A stretch of 64,000 nucleotides of DNA, taken from contig OX597823.1 of assembly GCA_951406725.2 (NCBI GenBank), positions 78,678,001 to 78,742,000 of the forward strand. The letters run 5' to 3'. This stretch comes from Octopus vulgaris. Taxonomy: Eukaryota. Positions 25,430 to 38,419 of the stretch are shown here, one piece after another; the first letter of the stretch is position 1, and the number at the start of each line of letters is the position of its first letter. Under the pieces are notes generated by a model. That model searched no databases. It saw only the letters and a list, made by a program, of their open reading frames with translations, and had not been told where the DNA came from. A program made the translations under genes and the position numbers.

Positions 25430-26390
25430 CCACAAGGGCCAATCACAAAATCAAATAGAGACAACATAAAACAAGGGGCACGTGGGGTTTAACACAAAAA
25501 TCGAGTAAACAATAAAATAACAAAACAATTAAAAAATACAATTAAATGATAAAATTCCCCAAAGGTGGAGACTTCATCCCACTTTTGGGGTAACTGAGGA
25601 ACCCCACACATCCTCGTTATCCCGACCTCCAGGTGCATCTCAGCAGGTGCCTCTCCTTCACAGTTACTCCGGTTCACAAGCGAATGTTCAGAGTAGGCCC
25701 ATTCATACGGGCCATCTTCGCCGCATTTACCAAACTTTCCAAAAAATACTGGGGGTGTAGAACTTCCCTCTCCACCCACGGCTTTCTTTTCAAGTGGAAC
25801 TTTAAAAAATCGATGAGGGCTTGGCCGAAGAGGAAAGTATCTATTTTCAGTCCTTTCAGTTTCGTCCACCACACTACCTCTTTCGCCATAGCCAACAGAC
25901 AGAGGAAAGCTGCCTGTCCTTCCCGATCATAGGAAGGCGGCGGGGCAATCTTCACGATGGACTTGGCTGATAACTGGATCCGTCTTACACGCGTTAACAG
26001 CTGTTCAAAAAAGATCCACAAGTCAATAATGCCCGGACACTAAACGAGTGCATGCAGGACGGTTTCGACGCCCTGCGCACATCTCGGACACGTCCGTCTG
26101 ACAACACTTCCGTGTCTGTAGAGCTTGTATGGAACTGGCAGAGCTCCCCAGTAGCACTGCCAGGCCAGGTATTTCTTGAAATTATCCATAGGCCCTGGCC
26201 TAAAAGTTCTTCAGAAAGAAAACAACTAATTGATCCCTCCTGAGGCCCAGAGTTTCTCCGAGGACGTCGTTGCTCTTGTCCGCCACTAGTACCCTGTAGA
26301 ACTTCATAGTGGAACTTCCACCATGCAAGATCTCTACCCTGATGACGGAAGCTCATCTCATCCTATGTTAAATGCATCCATACGGCCGCA
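25430..26390 (-). mobile_element. Tx1/L1-like LINE 3' fragment
   Basis: LLAMAKEVVWWTKLKGLK..FHLKRK..VEREVL; homologous to the 21540 copy. Confidence 0.7.
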
Positions 26391-26515
26391 TTTTGTGATG
26401 GACTAAATCTACTATCATTATAATGGATTGCCGAGCCCCCAGAAACAACTGTTGAATTCATAACATTATTCCACCCCTTTAATTTATTCTGTCGTTTGTT
26501 CTCTGTGTAAGATGG

Positions 26516-26619
<104 letters not shown>

Positions 26620-26620
26620 G

Positions 26621-26654
<34 letters not shown>

Positions 26655-26750
26655 ATTTCAACTAAAAAATGGATCCATCGAAGCATGTAGAAGAATTGAA
26701 GATATAAATGGTTTAACATTCAGAGAATTCGTTTCCTTGTTCAATTTGCC

Positions 26751-26842
<92 letters not shown>

Positions 26843-26843
<1 letters not shown>

Positions 26844-27233
26844 TCATCGGCTCCAGCTCGTGTCCGAGCATTGCGTTCGTCAGTTTCCATCCAGTCTCGT
26901 CGGCTGATGTTTGTGACGAAAGTGACTCTGGAGTCCAAGTCAGTGTTAAAAGAGTCGTGGGCAGAACTCGCACGTGATGGTCGGTGCAGGTCGGTGATGT
27001 TGAAGACTCCCCTTTCTTCATCAGCGTATAGAGCCTTCTCGTCTCCCAAAGAATCATGCTCTACAGAGAACTTGCAATAAGTACAAGACCCAGAGGAGGT
27101 CCGAAATTAAGTTTTAAAGACCAGCTCAAACGGACCTTGGCTCAAGCTAATATCCAGCCATCGTCATAGCAACAGATTGGCATAGAGAGAACAGCCTGGA
27201 GGACAGCTATTTGCAACGGGGCCAGTTCCTTTG

Positions 27234-27237
<4 letters not shown>
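26843..27237 (-). mobile_element. RTE LINE 3' end with 5' inversion
   Basis: Minus 27058-26843 encodes a frameshifted C2H2-like CEFCPRLF..GLQSHFRHKH; plus 27059-27237 encodes LYRELA..RPRGGPKLSFKDQLK..RTAWR..SFEQ. Confidence 0.75.
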
Positions 27238-27292
<55 letters not shown>

Positions 27293-27551
27293 TGTGTGAA
27301 ATTTGATTTAGTATTTCTAACTTGAATTTTTTTCCTTGTAAGTTTGGATTTTATTCCCTGCCCCAGCATGGCCACAGCTCAAGAGCTGAAACTGAAAAAC
27401 ATAAAACATAATATAGTTAAGCATATAAATTCATTGTTCATCATCTGAAAGCTTCGGCTTTTTTCTTTCTCTCGTTTTGCATGTATACATATATACATAT
27501 TTTGTATTTGATGTACTTAATATATTTAATATATTTGATATGCCTAATTTG

Positions 27552-27636
<85 letters not shown>

Positions 27637-27768
27637 ATAAAAATGGTAACACAACAAAAGAATGAAAGAGACTCGATATCTGTAAATGTAATATGTGACA
27701 TCCGAAACTCGGTGTTTTATCATGGCTACCGAATAATTGTCACATATTACATTTACAGATATATATAT

Positions 27769-27835
<67 letters not shown>

Positions 27836-28223
27836 TATTTGTGTGTGCGTGTGTGTAGGATTATCTGTGTGTGAATATGCATATGTACATATATTTATAT
27901 ATGTATGTTAGAAAATTTATATAAAGGAGTACACGCACAAACACAGATGTGCACACCCACACACGCATATACACGCACACATATACATGCACACGTATAC
28001 ACACACGGATATACACACAGGCGTGCGTGCACGCACGCATGCACACACAGTAACCCATACGTATGCTATTTATAAACGACGAATGCATTAATACAGCAAA
28101 GAACACATCCAAGAATCGACGTGAATACACATATTTGTATATTCCGTTATGAAACCAAATATAGCAGTGTCCCCACCTGTGCGTGTGTGTACGTGTGTGT
28201 ATGCATATGTATACATATATGTA

Positions 28224-28273
<50 letters not shown>

Positions 28274-28398
28274 CATACAAGCATATACATATGTAGATGT
28301 AGGGAGAATTCACACACAAAAAAAACAACAAAAGACGAAGATAGGTGGTGTAGGCAACAAACAGATGTATTAGTATAACGCTCGGGAAGTGAAAAAAT

Positions 28399-28434
28399 CT
28401 TTAAAGTTTCGAGCCTACGCTCTTCCACAGAGAG
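28399..28434 (-). ncRNA. Degenerate hammerhead motif in a Penelope-like terminal fragment (28295-28500)
   Basis: CTGTGGA-A-GAGC GTAG GCTC-GAAAC-TT; core A6 mutated. Confidence 0.45.
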
Positions 28435-28538
28435 GAATGCAGAAAGAAACAAGGAGAGAAAATAAAGTATGTGTAGTGGCTAGTGATCTATCATGACGAA
28501 TATGTATATACGTAGATATAATTACATACATACATGCA

Positions 28539-28591
<53 letters not shown>

Positions 28592-28634
28592 ATGTATATA
28601 TATATATGTATAATTGTCACATATTACATTTACA

Positions 28635-28691
<57 letters not shown>

Positions 28692-28702
28692 GTATGTATA
28701 TA

Positions 28703-28738
<36 letters not shown>

Positions 28739-28833
28739 TGTATGTATATATATATATATATGTATATATATGTATATATATGTATATACGTACATATAAT
28801 TACATACATACATGCATGCATATATATATATAT

Positions 28834-28873
<40 letters not shown>

Positions 28874-28965
28874 AGTAAGGAAAAATGTTTTTAAAAATGC
28901 AGAATGCTCAAATGAAAGAAAATTTTAATAAAATGAGAAAATGATAAAATATATAAATATATATT

Positions 28966-29004
28966 TATTCAACGTTTTCGTCATTGTATGACTTGTCAAG
29001 AATA
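28966..29004 (-). ncRNA. Type-I hammerhead with U3-A8 core (left arm)
   Basis: TATTC-TTGACAA-GTCAT ACA ATGAC-GAAA-ACGTT-GAATA. Confidence 0.75.
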
Positions 29005-29634
29005 TTTATGTTTTAAGAAGTTTTTTTAAAAGTTAGAAAGGGGAAAAAAGAAAATTGCATTGTTTTTTGTAAAAGAATAATGATAAAAATGTACAAAAAT
29101 TAAAAATAAGTTCTCCGATACATTGTGAGTTCGTTGTGTATCTTGAGTTTTATGGTTGTTTACCAAAAAATTACCTTGAGGTGTTAAGATCCAAAGGGAT
29201 TAAGAGCATGTGATGTGTTGTGTTGTTAAATTCAGCATGTTGCAGGACAGGAAGTAGTAGTAATTGTGGTCCTGGTTCTTCAGTTCCTGTGTTGTGAGTA
29301 AGGGGAGACAACTCTTTTGAGTTCTTCAATAAAACCCAAATTATAAAACTATCATTTTAGCTTCATTTGCATTATCTTTTTTATATAATTGCTTGTTAAC
29401 TTAACTTTCAGATTTTAACACTTTATTTATATTATTTTCTAATAATATAAATCTGCATAGACAATTGCATTTCAAATTGTCATATCATTTATAATAAAAA
29501 TGATAGTAATAACAACAATAGTGAAAATGATATTTAAAGAATATAAGTTTTGGCTTGAAGTGATGAATGCATGGTATCTTTATATATTTGTGTTAGTCCA
29601 TCCATGAAGAGTGAGGTAGAGAAAGGAAGTTTGA

Positions 29635-31049
29635 TCAACGAGGAGTTTGCATATTAAGTTGTGTTTGGAATTTTTCAATAAAGAGATTCTCCTTGTTAAT
29701 TCTCTCCTGTGTGGTGATCCTGTCTTTACATTGGTAGAAGGGGAATATATAGAATTTGGGGTTTAAGTCTTTAGCACATGAGTCTAAGTGGTCACTCAGT
29801 GGAATTTGTCGGTATTCCGGGAGATTTATTTGTTCTTTATGCACCGTTACTCGTTTACGTAACGGGAGACTCGTTTGTCCCACATAATTATGTTGGCAAC
29901 CAGCGCATGTGAGATCGAAGATAAGGTTCTCGGAGGAACAGGAGAAGTTAGTCTTGATTTTAAACTTCGTACCTTGTTTGAAGGTAAATTCAGAGCCTTC
30001 AAGTAGAAAGGGGCAGGTACCACAGTTTGAGCGTGCACATTTTTTTACTGTTGGGGGTGGATGTGGTGTGTGAAGTTTGGCATTTGTCAAGAGTTTTTTT
30101 AAAGATTTGTGTTGCCTTTTGCATTTGAGGATTTTGTGTGTATTTATAATGTTTTTCATTTTTGGGTCTGTTGACAGTAGACTGAGGTTTTGTATGATTG
30201 TGGTGTATGCTTCGATATTTTTGGGGTTGTGGGTGGAAATGTATGGAAGTATTTTGAAGTTGTGTGTGGTGTTAGGTTGGGTGGTTATCAGTGTAGTGTT
30301 GTCTAGTTCTTTGGCGCGTTTTATTCCATACTCTATAAGGGTGGAGGGATATTGACGTTGTAATAGTGTTTTTTTGAGGTCTTGAAGGCGTATTTCTCGT
30401 GTTTTTGGATCCGAGACAATGGTGCATACTTTTTAGCTAAATTGAAAGGGATATTTGTCTTGGTGTGTTTTGGGTGGCATGAACTAAAGAGGAGGTATTG
30501 TTGTGAGTCTGTAGGTTTGTGGTAGATGTCTGTTATGATTTGGTTCTTAGGTGTTTTTATAATTAGGAGATCAAGGAATGGGAGATGATGTTTGCTTAAT
30601 TCCATAGTGAATTGGATGTTGGGATGTATGTTGTTTAGTATGGTTTTGAATTCCAGGAGTTTTTCATAAGTTCTTTCCATATGATGAAACAATCATCTAA
30701 ATACCTTTTCCAGTTTTCCATTAGGTAGGTGTGGAAAACATGTCCAAATTTCTGGCTTGATATTTCATAGAGTGACAGTTCGAAGTAACCCATTATGAGG
30801 TTCGCAAGGACTGGTGCAGCCTTGTACCCATCGCAATGCCACATTTTTGACGGTAGTGTGTGTCGTCGAAGAGAAAAAAATTGTTTGTCAGAATGAACTT
30901 AAGAGATTCTGTAATAAAAGACTTGTTAATGCGGTCAGGGAATGTCTCTGGGTGTTTTTCTAGCCAGAAGTCAATTGCCTCTATACCATACTCATGTGGA
31001 ATGTTGGTGTAGAGGTTGATGACATCAAAGGATACCAGGAGTGCCTCCT
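29635..31049 (-). pseudogene. Inverted, frameshifted duplicate of the Penelope ORF
   Basis: Same protein split across ORFs 30793-31203, 30635-30844, 30333-30692 and 29635-30159 by 1-nt indels. Confidence 0.9.
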
Positions 31050-32587
31050 GTGAAACACACCGCCTGAGTAACTTCCTAGACATCCTTTTGAAACCTTTCC
31101 TTACCCACATCAAAAGTTTCATTAGGGATGATCTGGACATGCTCAAACACCTCCCGAAAACAGTTAACGAGGAGGCACTCCTGGTATCCTTTGATGTCAT
31201 CAACCTCTACACCAACATTCCACATGAGTATGGTATAGAGGCAATTGACTTCTGGCTAGAAAAACACCCAGAGACATTCCCTGACCGCATTAACAAGTCT
31301 TTTATTACAGAATCTCTTAAGTTCATTCTGACAAACAATTTTTTTCTCTTCGACGACACACACTACCGTCAAAAATGTGGCATTGCGATGGGTACCAAAG
31401 CTGCACCAGTCCTTGCGAACCTCATAATGGGTTACTTCGAACTGTCACTCTATGAAATATCAAGCCAGAAATTTGGACATGTTTTCCACACCTACCTAAT
31501 GGAAAACTGGAAAAGGTATTTAGATGATTGTTTCATCATATGGAAAGAACCTTATGAAAAACTCCTGGAATTCAAAACCATACTAAACAACATACATCCC
31601 AACATCCAATTCACTATGGAATTAAGCAAACATCATCTCCCATTCCTTGATCTCCTAATTATAAAAACACCTAAGAACCAAATCATAACAGACATCTACC
31701 ACAAACCTACAGACTCACAACAATACCTCCTCTTTAGTTCATGCCACCCAAAACACACCAAGACAAATATCCCTTTCAATTTAGCTAAAAGAGTATGCAC
31801 CATTGTCTCGGATCCAAAAACACGAGAAATACGCCTTCAAGACCTCAAAAAAACACTATTACAACGTCAATATCCCTCCACCCTTATAGAGTATGGAATA
31901 AAACGCGCCAAAGAACTAGACAACACTACACTGATAACCACCCAACCTAACACCACACACAACCTCAAAATACTTCCATACATTTCCACCCACAACCCCA
32001 AAAATATCGAAGCATACACCACAATCATACAAAACCTCAGTCTACTGTCAACAGACCCAAAAATGAAAAACATTATAAATACACACAAAATCCTCAAATG
32101 CAAAAGGCAACACAAATCTTTAAAAAAACTCTTGACAAATGCCAAACTTCACACACCACATCCACCCCCAACAGTAAAAAAATGTGCACGCTCAAACTGT
32201 GGTACCTGCCCCTTTCTACTTGAAGGCTCTGAATTTACCTTCAAACAAGGTACGAAGTTTAAAATCAAGACTAACTTCTCCTGTTCCTCCGAGAACCTTA
32301 TCTACGTTCTCACATGCGCTGGTTGCCAACATAATTATGTGGGACAAACGAGTCTCCCGTTACGTAAACGAGTAACGGTGCATAAAGAACAAATAAATCT
32401 CCCGGAATACCGACAAATTCCACTGAGTGACCACTTAGACTCATGTGCTAAAGACTTAAACCCCAAATTCTATATATTCCCCTTCTACCAATGTAAAGAC
32501 GGGATCACCACACAGGAGAGAATTAACAAGGAGAATCTCTTTATTGAAAAATTCCAAACACAACTTAATATGCAAACTCCTCGTTGA
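31050..32587 (+). CDS. Penelope-like RT + GIY-YIG endonuclease ORF (N-terminally truncated)
   Basis: SFDVINLYTNIP, GIAMGTKAAP, RYLDD, LPFLD, DIYHKPT; linker CARSNCGTC; NLIYVLTC..C..NYVGQT..LRKR..H. Confidence 0.92.
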
Positions 32588-33218
32588 TCAAACTTCCTTT
32601 CTCTACCTCACTCTTCATGGATGGACTAACACAAATATATAAAGATACCATGCATTCATCACTTCAAGCCAAAACTTATATTCTTTAAATATCATTTTCA
32701 CTATTGTTGTTATTACTATCATTTTTATTATAAATGATATGACAATTTGAAATGCAATTGTCTATGCAGATTTATATTATTAGAAAATAATATAAATAAA
32801 GTGTTAAAATCTGAAAGTTAAGTTAACAAGCAATTATATAAAAAAGATAATGCAAATGAAGCTAAAATGATAGTTTTATAATTTGGGTTTTATTGAAGAA
32901 CTCAAAAGAGTTGTCTCCCTTACTCACAACACAGGAACTGAAGAACCAGGACCACAATTACTACTACTTCCTGTCCTGCAACATGCTGAATTTAACAACA
33001 CAACACATCACATGCTCTTAATCCCTTTGGATCTTAACACCTCAAGGTAATTTTTTGGTAAACAACCATAAAACTCAAGATACACAACGAACTCACAATG
33101 TATCGGAGAACTTATTTTTTAATTTTTGTACATTTTTATCATTATTCTTTTACAAAAAACAATGCAATTTTCTTTTTTTCCCCTTTCTAACTTTTAAAAA
33201 AACTTCTTAAAACATAAA

Positions 33219-33259
33219 TATTCTTGACAAGTCATACAATGACGAAAACCGGTTGAATA
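33219..33259 (+). ncRNA. Type-I hammerhead with U3-A8 core (right arm)
   Basis: TATTC-TTGACAA-GTCAT ACA ATGAC-GAAA-ACCGGTT-GAATA. Confidence 0.78.
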
Positions 33260-33503
33260 AATATATATTTATATATTTTATCATTTTCTCATTTTATTAA
33301 AATTTTCTTTCATTTGAGCATTCTGCATTTTTAAAAAACATTTTTCCTTACTTATCATTTCTCCACGTGCGGTCAACACAACCCCACCATTTATTGATCT
33401 ATATATATATATATATATATGTATGTATATATATATGTATATATGTATCTATGTATATATATATATATATATATAAGTATGTGTGTATGTATATATATAT
33501 ATG

Positions 33504-33553
<50 letters not shown>

Positions 33554-33562
33554 CACACACAC

Positions 33563-33593
<31 letters not shown>

Positions 33594-33929
33594 CATACAT
33601 GTACACTCACACAAACCCACAAAGAACACAACAAGTATATGGCGCCTTCATAGAAGAACGTATTCTAAAATAACATGTAATCCACGTTATTAGCTGTTAA
33701 GCAGATTATTTACTCAGTTCATATATCAACGGATATTCCGATCTAATGCTTTGCTTGAAATTAATCGTATCAAAGCGTAAACTGTATATTCAAAAACATA
33801 GCGAACTCGGGGCACTCCTTCGATCATATTATCATAAAATGTATCCACATATATTCATAGACAGACAGACATACGAATCTATAAACGCAAACACGCAAGC
33901 CCGTACCTACAAAGGATCCATGCATGAGC

Positions 33930-33980
<51 letters not shown>

Positions 33981-33999
33981 ATCTATCTATACACACACA

Positions 34000-34935
34000 T
34001 AGAGGAAGAAGGAGAGCAATAATGGGTGCTCACCGAAGGTTCCTGGGGATGAGGGAGGGGAGGCGAATCTCCAGGTTACGGAGAAGATGCACCCTTCCCT
34101 AGTCGAGAAGAAAAATAAGAGGAAGAGGAGGAGAAACGGGACATTGCCGGCAGTCGGAGACATGACACCGGAGTGTCACGGAGCCTCGTCGGTTGTGCCA
34201 CCGGAGAGGGGAGACACCATTGGCGGTAATTGTGCCGCCAACGGTAAAATTGACCGACCCGGACCCGATAGACCTGAAACTGTTAGTCTTCTTTTATAGA
34301 GGCGGAGAGGTAGAAAAGATAGTGAAAGAACACTACGAGGAAATACTTTTGGCCTTCACGCAGGACCCCGAATGGCCTCTGCAGATAGCTGTGGAGGTCA
34401 TAACGTTGCGCCTGTTTATGATGCTGAAGGTACAAAAAGCAGAATATCGCTCGTGGCCGGGTGACGCCAACTCGGACCCTGCTTTGATTTTAAACGAAGC
34501 ATAGGCTATGGCGGAGTACACGGACACAAGCGATTATGAGGTGGAAAATTGACAAGAGGTTGAAAAGCCTCACTGTTATAATGTGTAAGAGGCTCAACGC
34601 CTCATTTGTAAATGGACTAGTGTTGATTGTATATTGTATATTTCATTGTATATTATTGCATGTTATTGACTATTAAGTCCAATACTTGTAAGAACTGTAG
34701 TAAGATGTTCAATACCTCGTTGAGGTGGAAAAATTGACTAGAGGTTGAGAATCCTCACTGTTATAAAGTGTAAGAGGCTCAGTGCCTCATTTGTAAATGA
34801 ACTAGTGTTGATTGTATATTGAATATTTTTTGCATGTTAATATTTATAATGGTCTATTAAGTCCAATAACTGTAAAAACTGTTGTGAGAGGTTCAATACC
34901 TCGCTTTGTTTATTCTGTTTACAAAAAAAAAAAGA
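34000..34935 (+). mobile_element. Unclassified retroelement-like fragment: ORF remnant plus a duplicated ~184-bp unit and A-rich end
   Basis: GC-richer ORF 34193-34504; direct repeats 34537-34720 and 34721-34903; A run at ~34923. Confidence 0.4.
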
Positions 34936-35084
34936 ACAATGTTTTAGAGAAGAAGAAAATCGGCGGGCGTTTTTGCCTTCTCTCATCAATATCATCCTTA
35001 TTTCATCATTCACCTCATCAGTGTATATGTCCAGCCCGCAGCTACACTTTGTAAGGCCTTTATGGCAACCTTTTATGAAATAAA

Positions 35085-35454
35085 TAGCTTGCTTACGAAC
35101 CACATGGTTCCGGGTTCAGTCCCACTGCATGGCACCTTGGGCAAGTGTTTTCTACTATAGCCTCGGGCCGACCAAAGCCTTGTGAGTGGATTTGGTGGAC
35201 GGAAACTGAAAGAAGTCCGTCGTATATATGTATATGTGTGTGTGTGTGTGTGTTTGTGCGTCTGTGTTTGTCCCCCACCCTCGCTTGACAACCAATGTTG
35301 GTGTGTTTGCATCCCCGTAACCTAGCGGTTCGGCAAAAGAGACCGATAGAATAAGTACTAGGCTTACAAAGAATGAGTCTTGGGATCGAGTTGCTCGACT
35401 AAAGGCGGTGCTCCAGCATGGCCACAGTCAAATGACTGAAACAAGTAAAAGAGT
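35085..35454 (+). mobile_element. SINE family A (5' truncated)
   Basis: Match to other copies. Confidence 0.9.
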
Positions 35455-35623
35455 ATATATTAAAGGAAAAGGAACATAAAACTACGGCAGGATGAGTAAC
35501 TCAGGGCATTTAGAATATTTAATTAGAGTAAGGTGAATCAAAAAAGAAGTAGAAGTAAAAGCAATTCATGCCTTACAGTTGTTTCTGAGATATGCCAAGA
35601 GTATATGTATGTGTATATGTATA

Positions 35624-35671
<48 letters not shown>

Positions 35672-35681
<10 letters not shown>

Positions 35682-35925
35682 GAAATAAGGTACTCAGAAA
35701 TCTGGATGGTTGTACATTTACAGATTTTTATTAATATGTCACATGTTTTTATAAATCATATGTTAGCGCTTGCATCTACTCTAGTAGAATCTCCAGATCT
35801 GAAGGTTCTGCTAGGGTAGATGCAAGCGCTAATATATGATTTATAAAAGCATGTAACATATTAATAAAAATCTGTAAATGTACAACCATCCAGATTTCTG
35901 AGTACCTTATTTCTTCTAATATATA
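35672..35925. repeat. ~126-bp-arm palindrome of a Penelope-like terminal fragment
   Basis: Axis CAGA|TCTG at 35797/35798; each arm carries CTG(A/G)AG(A/G)-stem-GCAA-GCGC-TA. Confidence 0.85.
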
Positions 35926-36223
35926 TTACCTGTACATCACCTCTAAAGCTTGTAATATATGTATATATATATATATATATAAACTTACTTGGAGAAAAGA
36001 AAAGAAACGAAACGACGGGAGGGTGCTCAGTCATACAATAATTTAATAAATAAAATATATGCATACATACATACATATATGTACGTACCTACATCTACAT
36101 GTACATATTATATTTTTATATGTATGGTTGTATGTGTGTATTTATATGTTTATACATATATTTATATACATATATTCAGTATATATATATATATGTATAT
36201 ATATATATGTCTATATATGTATG

Positions 36224-36273
<50 letters not shown>

Positions 36274-36280
36274 TACATAT

Positions 36281-36338
<58 letters not shown>

Positions 36339-36534
36339 CCAGCTGAAGGCAATTCACGGCCGAGAGTTTTCTGCATTTGATGCACGAATATCTCGGACCA
36401 ACTCTAAATCACTTTTGTAACTTTCTATTGATCAACAAAAAGTATATTAAGTATTTATATACTCATTTATTTAGCTCTATTTCTCCTGTTTGCACTTATG
36501 TATATACCTATGCGTGAATGTTCATGTATATATA

Positions 36535-38250
36535 GAATCTAGAACAATTCGCCGTAGGACTATTCGCCGTAAGACAATTAGTCGTACGGATATTTTGCCG
36601 CAAGGGCATTTTGTAGCAAAGCATAAGAAAAGAAGGATAAAAAATAAAAATAAAAACAATGAAGGTCAAACACTTTATTTAAAAAGTTAAGCTAAAAAAC
36701 CAAAAAAAGCTAAAAATCATGTATGTTCATTGAAATTGCACACAAATAATGTTGTTTTTGATTTTGATCGTAACCTCTGACAATGCTTAGTATGTGCTTA
36801 TAAACATCTTTGTATTTCTTCTTTGTTGCGTTTCTCCTCTTGCTCTATCGTTTAATCTCCTTTTTAGAAAGAGATTCTTCATTTCTCAAGACATTGATAA
36901 AGCTACCATAACTTTGGCTGAGTATTTGTAACAGATGCTTGCAGCGCATTATGGAAACCTTCTACTCCATTGTTGGTGTTAGCCAGCTGATTTAGAGTTC
37001 TTTCATACATATTCCAAAGACCGATAGGAAAAGTAGGAGGAACTTTACGTCTCTCCCCACTAGTGGAATGCTTTTCAAAATATGCCACACGTTCCTGTGG
37101 CAAGTCATTGTCATCCACAAGCTCTATAAATGCATCGACAGTGTTTAGAGGCGGAATGAATGCAAGTGCCATAAGGCACTTTACTTTTGTGTTAAAATCA
37201 CAATCAGTTTGATATCGCATCTTTAACCCAATATCTGTCACCTTTCTGTAAACATTTTTACAGAAATGAAAAAAAAAAACCCAAAAAAACCCCGTTACAT
37301 TTGCAGATGGAAAATTGTCAGAAAAACTTAGAAAACTATTATGTTGTGTCTAGGGAGAGTCATTTTCTTTTTGTGCTTTATAAATTAACACAGAATATGC
37401 TTCAACACACGAACTCACATAAAGAACCTTGCAAACCAAATCCAAACACGAAATATAATAAGCCTTAGAAAACTAGCTTGTTCAAAATCAGTCACTAGAT
37501 TTTCAGGTCTTAGGGACTCGAGCAATTCGTTAACCTTTTGAAAAATTCTATTATATGTGTCAAGAGTCTTACTCGGAAGAAGACCATAAATTTATGGGAT
37601 GCATGCATGTCCTATGTTGACATGTAGAGTATATAACTGATAATAAATTTCAGGACATACCTTAAATGCTCCATTGCATACCCAATTCTTATGTATTTCT
37701 AGATTGTGCAACCCTGCAGTCGTATCAAAAATCCAGATTCTGTTTTCGTCTTCCACCTCGCTATCGTTGAGTAAAACTCTTTCTCTATTCTGTAGTCACG
37801 CAAATTCTTCGAGAATCACATAGCCGAATCTTGATCTAGGTATAAGAGGGTCGTTTTCTTCTTTTTGTCTCCATTTCTTATGTTTCTTGATAAACTTGAA
37901 GTTGATGTCATAAGAGAGCGTCCTTCATTCTCTAATTCCCCACATGCGGCACCAATCAAAGATCTTGAAGCTAACTGGGATTTAAGTGCATTTTCTTTCA
38001 TATTTTCCATTGCTTCTTGTATTTTTGGTTGACTAGGATTCGATGGATGTGTATGCTCACTTACAATTTTACAAATAGATATCTCTTCTCTACTCAGTTT
38101 TGTATGAACTCTTGCTTTACAGTTTGTATCAAAACACGTCCAATACACCTTGCCTCCATATTTTCTTTCCTGTCTGTAAATAAATTTAGTGTCGTCTACG
38201 AGCTTATCACAACCTCTGCTGTTTTTAACAGCGTACTACATCGTAAGGGT
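36535..38250 (-). mobile_element. Mutator-like (MULE) DNA transposon relic with FLYWCH domain
   Basis: YWTC...CKARVHT..EHTHP; WVCNGAFKVCP..YQLYTLH; TDFEQA; LMALAFIP; NTNNGVEGFHNAL; tandem ATTCGCCGTA-type subterminal repeats at 36540-36620. Confidence 0.85.
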
Positions 38251-38419
38251 TTAACTTTCAACTTTTTATATAATTATAGAATTTTTGTATAAGGTTACCG
38301 ATAATGGTTCTTTTAACATACCGAACTACTTGGTAAAATTATTAATTATTAATTGATTAATTAATTTTACCCTTTATTATAATTCATAATATATATCTGT
38401 ATATATATACACTTTTAAT

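Larger units (their letters stand above)
28872..33399. mobile_element. Penelope-like retroelement (Neptune-type), 5'-truncated, arranged as a 2.18-kb inverted repeat inside (TA)n
   Basis: Arms 28872-31049 and 31170-33354 are near-identical reverse complements around a 120-bp spacer; (TA)n on both sides. Confidence 0.95.

Noticed and set aside
26885-26935. Hammerhead-like CTGATG...GACGAAAG
   Set aside because: Core and stems are not in register; it is the antisense strand of RTE coding sequence
31016-31049. Start codon and N-terminus MMTSKDTRSAS of the 523-aa ORF
   Set aside because: Derived from the antisense arm at the fold-back junction; the true RT N-terminus is missing
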